A stretch of 63,743 bases of DNA, filler included, from Kipferlia bialata (GCA_003568945.1; 3 parts of 3 records of this genome joined end to end with filler, not necessarily neighbours in it), one strand, 5' to 3'; positions 27,075 through 40,041 are shown, counted from the first letter of the whole stretch. The notes: generated by a model from the letters alone, not told the origin. Translations and numbers: made by a program.

Positions 27075-27328
27075 ATGGAGCCAGAGAACACCCACGACGT
27101 CTATGCGACGTTGCGGCACTGCGTGGAGCTTGCGCAGAAGGATGTACGTAGCAGTGTGTGCTAGAATGTGTGTGTGTCTTCACTATCTCCTTGTTTATGA
27201 GTGTCTCTCTGATACCCAGAAGATCAAGGCTGCCAACTCATGGTCCCTGCCCCTGACTGAGCTGCTGGATGGTATCCTGGAGGAGTCCAACTCCTCTCCC
27301 ATCCAGCAGTTCCAGATGGCCACCCAAG
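27075..27328 (+). CDS. NCAPH: Condensin I kleisin CAP-H/Brn1/Barren, first two exons (27075-27143, 27220-27328)
   Basis: YATLRHCVELAQKD|KIKAANSWSLPLTELL...FQMATQG matches the kleisin N-terminal pattern C..LA..NKI...N.W.L.L...FQ.A. Truncated at the poly-C run near 27357. Confidence 0.7.
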
Positions 27329-27359
27329 GTAATACACCCTCTCTCTCTCTGTAACCTCC

Positions 27360-27402
<43 letters not shown>

Positions 27403-27690
27403 AGGGGGCCCCCCCCCCCCCCCCCCCCCCATCTACCTTCGTATATATGATATTATATGCATAGAGTAGTGGTGCTGATCAGTCCCCTCCCTTCCCCTTG
27501 TCACTGGAGGCCACGGGAATACATTGTGTGAACATATACATGTACCTATACACGTACTCTCTCTGTTTCTCTCTCTTACACTCAGACCATTTGTGTCACT
27601 AGACTCACATAGTGTGGATAGGTTTTCTTCCCAATATTAACCTCCCCCCCTCCCCCCCTCTCTCTCCCTTCTCTCTCTACTTATCCTCAG

Positions 27691-28043
27691 ACCATCTATG
27701 TCACTGGAGGCCACGGGTATTGGTGACGCTGGTGAGGTGAGGGGTGGGGAGTGTATCAACCCTGTTGCTGGTGAGGATAGAGAGGGTGGGATAGGGAGAG
27801 AGGCTGTTGTCACTGGGGACGAGGCATCACCACCGGAGCCAGACGCAGTCGCAGGTATGCGTTGTACTCTCACACTCTCATTCATCTCATATTCTCTTTC
27901 ACTTCCCCTCTCTCTCATCTTCTGACACTGTCAATGTAGACCTTCCCTCCCGACTCTCAGTCTCTCTCTCTCTCTCCCTCCCCTCTCTCTCACATATATT
28001 TACTTTAGACACAGTGAATGTGGACCTTGCCATCCAGCAGACG

Positions 28044-28080
<37 letters not shown>

Positions 28081-30533
28081 ACTATAGACACAGCCAACGT
28101 TGACCTTGCCATCCAGCAGATGGTCGAGAGGCGTGTCTCCCTCCTTGTCATGTACACTGCACTCGGTACTGTCTTGTCCCTAGCAGTGGTAATTGGGGCA
28201 TTAGTAGGTACAGTACTTCATGAATATAGTAGTATATATATATATCTAGAGTGTCCCTCCTTATCATGTACACTGCACTGGGCACTTTCCTATCATTGGC
28301 TGTAGTAATAGGGGCACTAGTAGGTCTGACATGCAATATATAGGATTATATGAATAGACATATATATATTGACCCTCCCCCAGTTGCCGTTGAGTTGCCG
28401 TTTCCATGAGTACCATCCATGCATGTCTCTCTCTCTCTCTCTCTCTCTCCCCCTACCTATATACTCATCCCAGTTGTGGTTGCCCTGAGCACCATCTATG
28501 CCATCGCACCCCTCATAGTGGGGCTCATAGGTACTCTCTCCCCCGTTACATATGTCATACTTTATAGATACAACTATGAATTTATCGGCCTTTTCAATAG
28601 TGTCAGGACACCCTTATAGTGGGGCTCATAGGTATACATATTCTCTCTATCTCTCTCTCTCTCTCTCTTTCACTCTCTCTCTATCTCTCATCTCTTAGGT
28701 GTCTTGTCCTTCCGAGCCTTGAACAGACGTCTCCTCATGATCTCCCTCTATGCCGCTCTGGCAGTCACACTCTTCTGCTGCTATCTCGCGGTGTTCTACC
28801 TGGCACTGATAGTGGTCACACTGGCATCCAACGATGGCACTAGGTAAGGGTACTGTATATACTGTATATACTGTATATACTGTGCTACATATTCTATATA
28901 TACTATGTCAGTACATACTGAATACCTTGCACTCATTGTGGTCACACTGGCCTCTAACGATGGGACTAGGTATGTTTACCATTTATGCATTGCCTATACC
29001 ATACTATATATTACTCACGGTCACGCTAGCCTCTTATGACATGACTAGGTGTAATATATATATATATACTCCATTCCAACTGTCAGCGTGTTCATATCTG
29101 TACACATTACTATACTTGTCTATTAGTGTAAGCTGACACCCAGCCTAGAGCTCTCCTCCATAATGATTTGTACAATATTTACAGTCATAAATATACCTAT
29201 ACCATATATATGTATACGTATATGTACTGTATACCTTGCACTCATCGTGGTCACACTGGCCTCTAACGATGGTACTAGGTATAGTGTACTGTACACACAT
29301 ATATCAATAGTTTAGGTTAGTAGTATATAGTATGTTTGAATATATACTAACTATCAGCCTAGAGCTCTCCTCCATCATCGGTGTGGCCGTTGGGTTTGGA
29401 TCTATGGCACTCATGCTCTGTCAGCTACTGTTAACTCAGGTATATATGGGATTAAAGGGGATATATATACGATTATGGTATTAACATATCTGTATGCTAT
29501 GTATATATATGGAGCACTTGTTGGGTTTGGGTCCATGGCACTCATGCTGTGCCAATTACAATTGACACAGGTAGTATTTACACACGCATTGTGAGTTGAT
29601 TAAGAGTTGAGCATACATTTAGCTCTGTCACCTGTCAACACATCATTATGTACATATTGATATATGCATGTCTGCCCAATCTCTCTCTGTATGCTTACCC
29701 CTCAGATCACCATTGTCGCTCTGTACCCTGGTGCCACGAGACTGGTCCCACTCTCTAGGTATGTCATATGTGTATATATACATATATACTATGTATACTA
29801 CTTGTATAATACTCTCACTCTGTTGCCACCAGACTGGTCCCACTCTCAAGGTATGTCCCTCTCACACACACTATGTCTCTATCACTCACTCTTTGTGTCT
29901 GTCTGCTCTTTATCTATACCTTCTTATCTCAGATGCCCCAGAGCCATCACCCTCTGTGCTGCCCCACTCATCGTGCCACACAGTACGTGTATATAGGAAT
30001 ATGAACATTCATGTATTTTACTATATTCTATGTATATACTGCCCCAGACCCTAAAGCAGAGGACTGCCCCCGGGAGACTACCTATCTCTCTCTCTCTCCA
30101 GATATATGTTTGTATGTATGTAGTAGACTATACTACCCCCAGACCCCAAGGCCGAGGACTGCCCCCGTGAGACTGCCCTGGATGTACCCCTGGTACTCAC
30201 CTGTGAGAGGGAGAGGGAGAGAGAGTGGAGGAGTGGGTCCAGGTATTTGTTTTAGTGTTTTAGTATTTGTCTCTGTAATGGGTATTCTTATACGAGTGTA
30301 TACACATTTGTCTCACTAATCCCCCAGGGCCAGTGGCATGGGTGCATCTGCCAGGGCATAATCACTATATGTTTGTACATATTTTTAGTATATACATAGA
30401 GTGTATGTATACCAATCATTACAGTTATACCTTACCCCCCAGGGCCAGTGGCAGAGGTCAATCTGCCAGGGCACAGGAGACACGGCATAGGTACAGCGCT
30501 CTCATTCTATTCCTTCTTATCCTTACACAGCAC

Positions 30534-30572
<39 letters not shown>

Positions 30573-30929
30573 CCATAGCCCATACTCTGTCCCTTGGTGT
30601 TTCCTCATCACAGTTATAGAGAACTGACACCATACTATATAAATAGATCTATGAATGTGTACATATATACATATATAATGTAACCGATATACTATACTCA
30701 CCACAGTAGAGAACTGCCTGACACTATCCACCCTAGGGTGGGTGTGGGTAACACACAGACAGAGAGGGCAGAGACTGTGGAGAGAGAGGGAGAAGGGGAG
30801 GGAGAGAGAGAGGCAGAGGCAGAGCAGGCATCTGATAGTACCTCCAGTGAGTCTGAGAGTATATTCAGTCTGAATGCAGAGTCAGACACAGAGGTGAGTA
30901 TATATAATGTAATTGTAATTATATATAAG

Positions 30930-30960
<31 letters not shown>

Positions 30961-31454
30961 ACATACATATACGTATGTATTTGAGAGTGTGTTCAGTCTG
31001 AATGCAGAGTCAGACACAGAGGTATATATATATGTGTATATACATACTACTACAAATACTATCGGCTCTTTGCTTATGATCTTGATACCTAAGATGTATG
31101 TTTGGCCTCAATGCAGAGTCAGACCCGTTTCTTTCGATAATACCGTTAATTTTTTTAACCTACAGACCCAGAGATATCTCCTCCTCTCTCTGTTGAGTCT
31201 CTCTAGAACCTCAATTTTGTCTTTCCTCTCTCTATGGACCCTCTTTTCACTCTCCATAGACCCTCTTTTCACCCTCAGGCTGATGGAGAGGGAGGCAGGT
31301 CACCCACTGAGGCTGAGAGGAACACCCACGTGGTCACAGCTTGTCACATTGCTACTCGGTACGAATAGTCACAGTTATGTCTGTCTGCAATTCTCTCTCT
31401 CTCTCTCTCCCTCTACACCCTTATATCAGCATTCCCCCTGGTGAGTGTGTCCTG

Positions 31455-31490
<36 letters not shown>

Positions 31491-33551
31491 TACACCCTTA
31501 TTCCAGCATTCCCCCCGGTGAGCCTGTCCTGGGTCTTAGTGTGCAGGTGTCCAGGATAGTCCTCGAGGCAAGGTAAATACATATATATATACACACCTTC
31601 ATATATGTATATATATATATATGAATAATTCAACACATTCGAAGTGTGCAGGTGTCCAGGATAGTCCTCGAGTCAAGGTATATTTGTATATAGCCACATA
31701 CATTTATGCTCATATCTCTCTCTATATATATATGAGTAATTGAACTCGTAGTGTCTCCAGGTGTCCAGGATAGTCATTGACTCAAGGTATATACATATGT
31801 ATACACCTTTGTGTTCATATATAGAAGTATATGAAGTACCAATACATTCGAAGTGTTCAAATGTCCAGGATAGTCCTTGAGTCAAGGTATACATGTATAC
31901 ACTCACACACTCAATTTTTCACGTATGTAAATGTATATAAGTATAATGTCTATACATCCTATCGTAGTGTCCAGGATAGTGTTGGAGTCAAGGTGGGTCA
32001 GTATTTGTATGTATAGTCAAGGTGCTAACCCTTAAGGGAACAAGAGCGCCAGGCCGCCCTCTTTATCAGCATGGACCCAGTTGGCAAGGGGAGGATCACA
32101 CACAGGGACAGGAGGAAGGGGTGTATAGGTACAGTAGTATAGTGTATATATATAGTATACAGTGTATAGTATATATCATGGACCTAGTTGGCAAGGGGAG
32201 GATCACACACAGAGACAGGAGGAAGGGGTGTATAGGTATACTAGTATAGTATATATAGTATATATAGTATATAGTGTATAGTATATGTGGTATGGACCCA
32301 GTTGGCAAGGGGAGGATCACACACAGAGACAGGAGGAAGGGGTGCATAGGTATAGAGTATAAATAGAGTATAGTATTTATACTATATACTAGTATTACCT
32401 CTCTAACAGTAGGTGTTGCCCGTATGCCCAATGGATACTATGTGTGCTATAAATACTATATACTAAAAACTATAATATATATATATTATACACTATACGC
32501 TGCACTAACTCCAGGTGTTGCCCGTATGCCCAATGGAGAGAACTGGTCACCCATCGATGAGGAGCAGGAGTCTAGGTATATGATATAGATATTTAGTATA
32601 TACGTATATATACATGTATAGTGTAATAATGCTAGTGTACTTGTTCTATGTATACATTATGAACTGGTCACCCATCGATGAGTAGTCTAGGTGTATGATA
32701 TCATATGTATTCATATACAGAAGCATATATGTATACATTAGTGATCTGTCTACCGTTATTCCTTTCTCTATGCATGTGCTTGTGATTCTATCTATAACCA
32801 TACATGTCTTCTCACCCCAGACTGGCCAGGAACAGACTCAGGGGGGCACATCACGAGGTGGGTGGATGCAAGACGAACACATAGTCTTTTGTATCCATAT
32901 ACATTTGTGTATCACTATAAATTGTTAATATGCCTGCGCATACTTTTTGAATCTGTGACTGACCACTTAGGCCTATGAGCGCCGTCTGGCCAACCACGAC
33001 ATCGGCCCTGAGGTATGTACTCTCTCTCTCTCTCTCTCCTCCTCTAATTATATATATATATATATATATATCCCTTTACACCCTTAATGCACAGGCCTAT
33101 GGCAGCAGTGCCATCATGACTGCTGGTCTTTGCACCCCTGGGGCGTCATTTCGATATGCCTCGACCGTAGAGGTACCAATATATATATATATATAAATGC
33201 ACCATACTATATAGGTAATTATATCATGTTGACCCTCGTTGACTCTGTCTGACCACCTTAGAATGACGTTGCCGTTGACTGTGCCAGTCCTAATAGGTCA
33301 AGGGGGGAGAGCATGCCACCACCCAACACTAAGCAGGTATTGTTATATATATTAGTATAGATAAGATACATACATTCACACATATATGTATATATATATA
33401 TAGTTTTCTAGAGAGCATGCCACCACCCAACACAAAGCAGGTATACACACACTATATGTAAGCAGGTACTAAGATATATATATACCTGCGCACCATCATG
33501 TGTATATGTTCACAAATGACTGACTCCTAGGTCCGCATGCCCCGAGAGTAG
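27691..33551 (+). CDS. Hypothetical multi-pass membrane protein with long hydrophilic C-terminus (about 20 short exons)
   Basis: Exons encode hydrophobic segments (VSLLVMYTALGTVLSLAVVIGALV; IYAIAPLIVGLIG; LLMISLYAALAVTLFCCYLAVFYLALIVVTLA; IIGVAVGFGSMALMLCQLLLTQITIVALY), then a charged low-complexity region. Last exon VRMPRE-stop at 33551. Confidence 0.6.
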
Positions 33552-33552
33552 A

Positions 33553-33595
<43 letters not shown>

Positions 33596-33971
33596 TCCAT
33601 CCCCTCTGACTTATCCTGTACCCATATATAATTGAATAGACCCAGATCCCAGAGAATTTTACGCTATGAATACACAATGTACATATGTGAGTTAGTATCT
33701 TCTGCTTGCTATAGTACTTGAGAGTAGGTCTAGATGTCACAAATTCCTTATTGTATGAATGAGGGGAGATGCAGACAGAGAATACATTTGGTAGGTCAAG
33801 TTGCTGATGTGAGTGAATTCCAATCAGATAGTTTGTGACGAATCGAACAATAGTCTGTAATGGAATGGTTTGGGTCCAATCGGAGAGTTTGGTTTCAATA
33901 ATTGAAACATCTATTTAGAAGTGCAATTGCACCAAATCAAGATCCTTTACAACCCTTAGACCTCGTACGCT

Positions 33972-34393
33972 TGAACACCAAGCTCCCCGCTCAAGAACTG
34001 AGATTCCCGCTCGAACACCAAACTCCCCGCTCGGAGACAAAGCTACCCGCTCAAACACCAAACTCCCCCGCCTTGGAGACTAAACTCCCCGCGCGTAGAC
34101 TAAACTCCCCGCTTGAACACCAAACTCCCCGCTCTAAAACTAAACTTCCCGCGCGTAGACTTAACTTTCCGCGCGTAGACTTATCTCCCCGCTCGAGGTC
34201 CAAACTCCCCGCTCGGAGTCTAAACTCCCCGGGGCCCGGGGAGTATAGACTTTACTCCCCGCACGTAGACTTAACTTCCCGCTCGAACACCAAACTATTC
34301 GCTCGGAGACTAAACTTCCCGCTCGGAGACTAAACTTTCCCCTGGAACACCAAACTCCCAGCTCCCAGACTAAACTCTTCGCCTGGAGACTAA
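33972..34393. repeat. GC-rich minisatellite, ~20-nt unit AAACTCCCCGCTCG(GAGACT/AACACC), about 20 degenerate copies
   Basis: Visible tandem units such as AAACTCCCCGCTCGGAGAC, AAACTCCCCGCGCGTAGACT and AAACTTCCCGCTCGGAGACT. Confidence 0.9.
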
Positions 34394-35893
34394 GCCGTCC
34401 GATACTGTGCTCTCCGCTAGTACCCATGGTGTGGGTACACGAGCAGAGAGAGTTTTAGATATGTTGATGTTTTGCGGCTTATACGAGAAAGTTTGGTAAC
34501 GTAACAGAGAGTTTGTTTTCTTACAGACTTGACACTGAAGGAATTCGACAACATGCTTCTATTAAATAGTGACAAATGCATCTGTCACTTTGCTACTTGA
34601 ACGCTGTCCGATTGCCACGATTATCGTGGCCCACGATACATCGCTCCTGGAGGAAGACTCATACTATTAGCCGGTGCCGCTGAGCATGAGCACGTCCAAT
34701 GTTGATACATACAGTACCTACGATACAATATGTGTGAACTTGAAGTACAGGATGTACAAATTGTACAGTACAATATACTGTATTTAAATATCATACATGA
34801 TTTTATGAATATCAATCATTATTTATCGAATTACATACTCGTGCACAGTAATTGTTAGGACTCTAGCTATATGTGACATATAGCCTATATGTCACGTCGC
34901 TTCAAAACCTCTGGTTACTACTCGCAGTCGCCAGTAGCCCTGTGCATACCGATCAAGACACATCCAGTAACACACGTTGCGCAACCAGGCAAGTATCCCA
35001 CCATGAACACTTCGTGTGACACACGAGAATATACAGACACACCCACTGTATAGACAAAAACCGTCCTCTCTACGCCGTCTCCCCAAGTGGTGAATACAAC
35101 ATACCTCTCATTAGAGAGCACAACCATCTAATTTCCCTGCTCGTACTTACAACAGCCTCGGTAGGGGGGGGAGGGGGTACCTAGAAGTGTTGAGTCGGGG
35201 GAGAAAAATGGAGCGGTCCCACACTGAGCTCCAGTGGATTATTCTAAATCCACCTGGAAGTTAGGTCCCCGAACCGAAGTTGCATATCATATGGGGCTCG
35301 TGACGCACAACATGCACGACTACAGAACTCCAAAGGCTGTTTGTTAGACAGTACTAGGCGCCTTGTATCATATGTCATATATATACTAGCAGATCATTCA
35401 CATCATCTTCGTTTGAAGTGTCTGCCAGCATTATCCGTGCCTCTGCAGCCGTGCGTCTCGCTCGCCATTCTACTCGCCAGGTCATGGTTTCGAGGTCCAG
35501 ACAATCCCAACAGAAGTTAACTGGCCCGGCGCGTCTACAAAGAATGCACATTTGCCCCGATGAAGGGCTCTCTGGACCAACATAGATGACACACACACGC
35601 AGGTTCTGTGGAGTGTTGATGCCAAACCTTCGGGAGTATCCAAAACAGTGAGGACAATGTTGCCGTCCACATGTATCTCCATTAGAATCACCGTAGAGGT
35701 ATAGGTGAAGTCCAGGACACGGTGCCCTAATACTACAACTCGTCTGAAGTCTATTGGCACCGAGCGGCTAGTATTGAGTTCATTCACACCAATTACACTA
35801 GTAACATACTTGAGAAGCATGTATATATTGAATAAAGACTAAGCTTATAGTGAAGGCGGAGCTGAAAAGTCCAAAGAGAACATGATCCCTTCT

Positions 35894-38366
35894 TGCACGA
35901 CTTTTCCCACATACCGATAGTGCACGACTATTCCTGGACATCAACAGAGCACGACTGTTCCAACATATACCAATATTATAGATACTCTATTACTTCTGTA
36001 GGGTCACTGGACGTGATTGGACCATAGATACTGAAGTACTTGGGCTGGGGTGGGGGGGGCCAAAGCCTCTCAGCCTTCTCAGCCTCCAGTCTCACAGTCT
36101 CTCAGCCTCTGCTCTCACAGTCTCTGCTCTCACAGCTAACCATCTCTCAGTCTCAAGTCTCTCAGCCTCAAGCCTCTCAGCCTCTACCCTCTAAGCCTGC
36201 AGTCTCTCAGCCTTTACTATCTCGGCCTCAAGCCTCTCAGCCTCAGCTTTCTCGGCAGCAAGTCTCTCAGCCTCAGCCTTCTCAGCAGCAAGTCTCTCAG
36301 CCTGCTAGGGTCAGAAACAAGGGTCATCACAAATATGCACTACTATATTCTGGTTATAGGGGCAATACTATTATTGCCCCTATAAGTTATAGGGCCTATA
36401 ACCAGTATCAGTATCAGTGTCAGTATTGTTATTGTATGAGGGGGGGTCTACCTTAGTAGTATATAGTCTATAGTCTAGTGCACGACTTTTCCTGCACAAA
36501 TAATGAAAGTGCACTACTATTCTGGTTATAGGTAAGACATATGGGAATCTACCTCAGCTACAGCCCCCTTCTGAGTGGTCTCCTTGGACATGGCAGGGGC
36601 TGCGTCGGCCTATCAGTCAGGGGGGTATAATAAGATTGTTTTCCAGTGCACGACTTTTCCTGCACACAAATGGGAGCGTGTATACAAACCTCTGAGGCTG
36701 AGGGGAACACAGAATGGTCTAGCAAGGATGATCCATCACCACTGGGGGGATGGTATAGTGTCATGGATTCCTCAATATCAGTATCTTCCCTATATACAGG
36801 GGGCGAAGCACTGGATGAGCATTCCCAACCCAAAACCTCTTCAGGGAAGACAATGCACGCCTCTCCTCTGAGCTCCTGGGCTGGTACTACGTCGGCCTAT
36901 CTGTCGGCGGGGAGAGATAAAAGAGGATCATAAAAGAGGATCATACTGGCCTGTGTGTGTGTGTGATGTCAATACCTTCTCAGCAGCGACCATCTTTGCC
37001 TTTCTCTTGGCCTTCTTAACGACACAGGGTATGTCCAGTCAAACAGGCTGTCGTGTGTGCTGTTTGTGTATATGTGGGAAAGAGAGGTCAGTGAGATCGG
37101 CGACAAATCTTATTTACTTAAGGATTAATCTCCATTATTTTTGTTGACTCCTAACGACTATTGGTTTAGTGTATGTGAGAAAAGTCGTTCACTATTGTTG
37201 TGGAAATAGTCGTGCACTATTTGTATGTCGGAAGAGTTGTGCATTGTCTCTATCCTAAATGATACCAGTTAACAGATGCTGCTTCCCACTCTCCTGAATC
37301 CCCAGTGGCATCACCTTCCCAGTGCTAGTAGGATTCAAGGCCTGGTAGGGGCATTCCCCCTGTTCCTGTCCTGGACGGTATGTACTCGTGGAACGTGGGT
37401 AAATTGGGCCCTAGGTGCCTGCCCACACCCCCTGCCCCCACGGCCATCACGGGTCTGTTCTCTATGTTCTGGGACTGCCTGCTTGTCTGAAGGTACTGTT
37501 GCACCTGCTGTATACCCTGTTGCATCTGCTGTGGGGGGGCCTGGTACTGCTGGGGCATCTGCCCTTTCTGCATCCGCTGGGGGTGTGGATTGGGTTGTGC
37601 CTGGTGTTCCTGTCCCTGTCCCTGGGGGTAGGACATCCGCAGTGTCTGCTGGGGCCCATGGTCAGGGGCAGGGTGACCCAGGGTGGGTATGCACTATTAT
37701 TCTGTGAGAATAGTCGTGCACTACTGTGCGGGAAAAGTCGTGCACTATACAGCACCTGTGTACTGTGACATATACTCGAGCAGTGCATACGTACCTGAAA
37801 CGTCGTCCCCCACTCTGCGTCATGAGGTTCGTTCTCACCAGCTTGAAACCGGTTAAACACCGCAAGTGGGATGGGCTCCCCTGCGAACTGCCCAAGAGGA
37901 GCCCTGCGCGTTTCGGGAATGTACCACGTTGTCTGAATATCAGGGAAGGAAATCAACGAATATACTGGCCTGGAACTAATGCGGAGTACCTGTACCCTTC
38001 TATGTCGGCATCGCCTTCAAAGGCAAGAGGGAGAGCCAGGGTTTCGGACATTAAGAATGAAGGAGGTTCCACTAATCCCTTTAAGTCCCTCCCTAGGTCA
38101 GACGGGTCTACCATATTGTTTTCCCAGATATATCCCACGTGAATAGTATCTCCTCGGTGCTTATGATGGTTACTGATACTAGTGCAGCTGGTAAAGACGC
38201 TCTACAACGCAGCATTCTTTTGAATTTCGCCTTAATATATACTTGATATTGGTTTAGTAGGGTATGTGAGAAAAGTCGTGCACCATTTGTGTGTGCGAAA
38301 AGTCGTGCACACTTTTGTGTGTGAGAAAAGTCGTGCACCCTTTGTGTGTGGGTAAAGTCGTGCACC
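35894..38366. repeat. Dispersed motif GTGCACGACTWTT / AAWAGTCGTGCAC, about 14 copies, including four tandem ~27-nt units at 38265-38366
   Basis: Forward copies near 35894, 35920, 35948, 36478, 36509, 36646. Reverse copies near 37180, 37205, 37709, 37733, 38271, 38298, 38326, 38353. Confidence 0.85.
36060..36305 (-). pseudogene. Degenerate (K)AEAERLAAE coiled-coil repeat exon
   Basis: After the acceptor CTGACCCTAG the minus strand reads QAERLAAEKAEAERLAAEKAEAERLEAEIVKAERLQA-stop, and the repeat pattern continues past the stop. Confidence 0.4.
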
Positions 38367-38506
38367 GTATATATATGTACGCCACCGCGCGGCCCAACCC
38401 CCATTCCACTACTACCAAGCCTGCCCCAAGAGTTACCGGGATCTACTGGGGACAGACATATATAATTTGGTATAACAACTACTGACCACGGTTTCTGTTA
38501 CAGAGT

Positions 38507-39178
38507 TTATTCATAATCTTCTGTCGCCTCAGAATCTGGCTCCTTTGGGGGGAGAATAGCGGGGTGAAGAAGCTCCTCCACGGGGAGAACAACGGGGAGA
38601 AGACGCTTGGCTAACTCTCTCACGATAGACTCATCATTCAATATCATCCCCATTGTCATCGGAAAACCGTATCCCGGGAGTGGTGGGAACAACTCGTATG
38701 GATCTGTCCCCATGGCAGATGCGGGTCTCTTGGGAGGGGTTGGTACAACCTCGGCCTATCGGTTTGGAGGGGGGAGTAGTTTCATACCACTAACCAGAAT
38801 GTGTGTGTCATGTCAATACCTTCTCAGCAGCGACCCTTGACCGTTCCATGCGCCGGGCTACTTCTTTCTCCCATTCCCACTTCATCTTCGACCTACGAGT
38901 GAGTGAAGTATTTGGTATAGTCAGTCGTAGAACTCCAGCACTCTTACACCCAGAAGCGGTCACTACCTGTAGGCCAGTTGGGCCCTGACTTCCTGCTCAC
39001 TGTCTCTGCCTGCTGTGAAGGCCTCTGTGTCCCAGGGGTCGAGGGGCCAAAGTGGTAGCACGGGGATTGCAAGAGGAGCAGCTGCCTTCTGGTCTGAGTG
39101 TTCCGCAGTAGGATCACCCGGCCCTTCGTGGGAGGACTTGCATGCAGAGACAGAACCCATCTGAGCCTCAGATGGCAT
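38507..39178 (-). CDS. Hypothetical three-exon orphan protein
   Basis: MPSEAQMGS...EVRAQLAYR | SKMKWEWEKEVARRMERSRVAAEK | AEVVPTPPKRP...EATEDYE-stop, joined by short GT-AG introns. The true start may lie further upstream. Confidence 0.4.
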
Positions 39179-40041
39179 CTGAGGATGAGAGAAAGACATA
39201 AACACATTGAAGATGAGACACGTAATACTAAAACATAACACTTCCATGCAAAAGACACAAACAAGTTGTTTGCAACAACACTAACAATGGCCATCACCTT
39301 GCTTGGTCTCTGAAAACAGCTCTGCGTTCACACCCCAACAGTAGCTTCTTATTCTCCGGTTTCCGCTTTTGCACTAACTTGAACAATTTGAAAAGAGAAC
39401 AATGTTTATGATATTGAGAGTTGCTTAAGGTTGCTAAAGGTTGCTATCTGTGGGTTGACATTGCATTGGTCACTTGGGACTGGTTTACTCAAACTTGCAG
39501 AACACCTTCCATACCACATGAGCGGGGTGTCCTGTGGTCAGAGAGAGAGAGAGAGAGAGAGAGAGATTGAGAGGTCAGAAGGTAGAGGGTAACCTGAGGT
39601 GAGAGGATGAAAGACAGTGAGTACCGCACCCTTTCACTCATGTCCCTCAAGCTCCACTGCTAGGGAGAGACTGCTCCTTCAGTCTTCTGAGTAACTGTTT
39701 CACGAGTCCTGAGACATTAAACACTATAGAATGATCGGATTATACGTCCTGTCAATGAATACCACTCAATACTGAGTATCACATACACTCATATGTCAAT
39801 GGATATATCAATGTACAAGTATATATACATCAAATAGGATACCTAGGGGAAGTAGTGCTCAAGGACTAGCAGTATATCAGTCACTTCCAGACATTAGACA
39901 CTAGCAGCTATGCATACTATGACCTTGAGTATCATCAAAAGATATACAGTGTAATACACTGAGTGTATATCATATGCCCCCTAGCAGTATATCAGTCACT
40001 TCCACGAAACCCTCAAGCTTGAGTATCTCATCAAGTCATAC

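Larger units (their letters stand above)
33700..39450. mobile_element. Compositionally distinct island, possibly mobile-element derived (boundaries approximate)
   Basis: Lacks the (TA)n/(GA)n introns and exon echoes of flanking genes. Contains the minisatellite, a hairpin, dispersed GTGCACGACT motifs and disrupted orphan ORFs. No transposase, RT or capsid motif recognised. Confidence 0.3.

Noticed and set aside
31547..32350. Repeat-spacer-like arrays of echoes, and the 33972-34393 array, as CRISPR
   Set aside because: Eukaryotic context with no cas genes; the repeats are exon ends with GT donors and irregular microsatellite spacers, and the 34-kb array has no unique spacers
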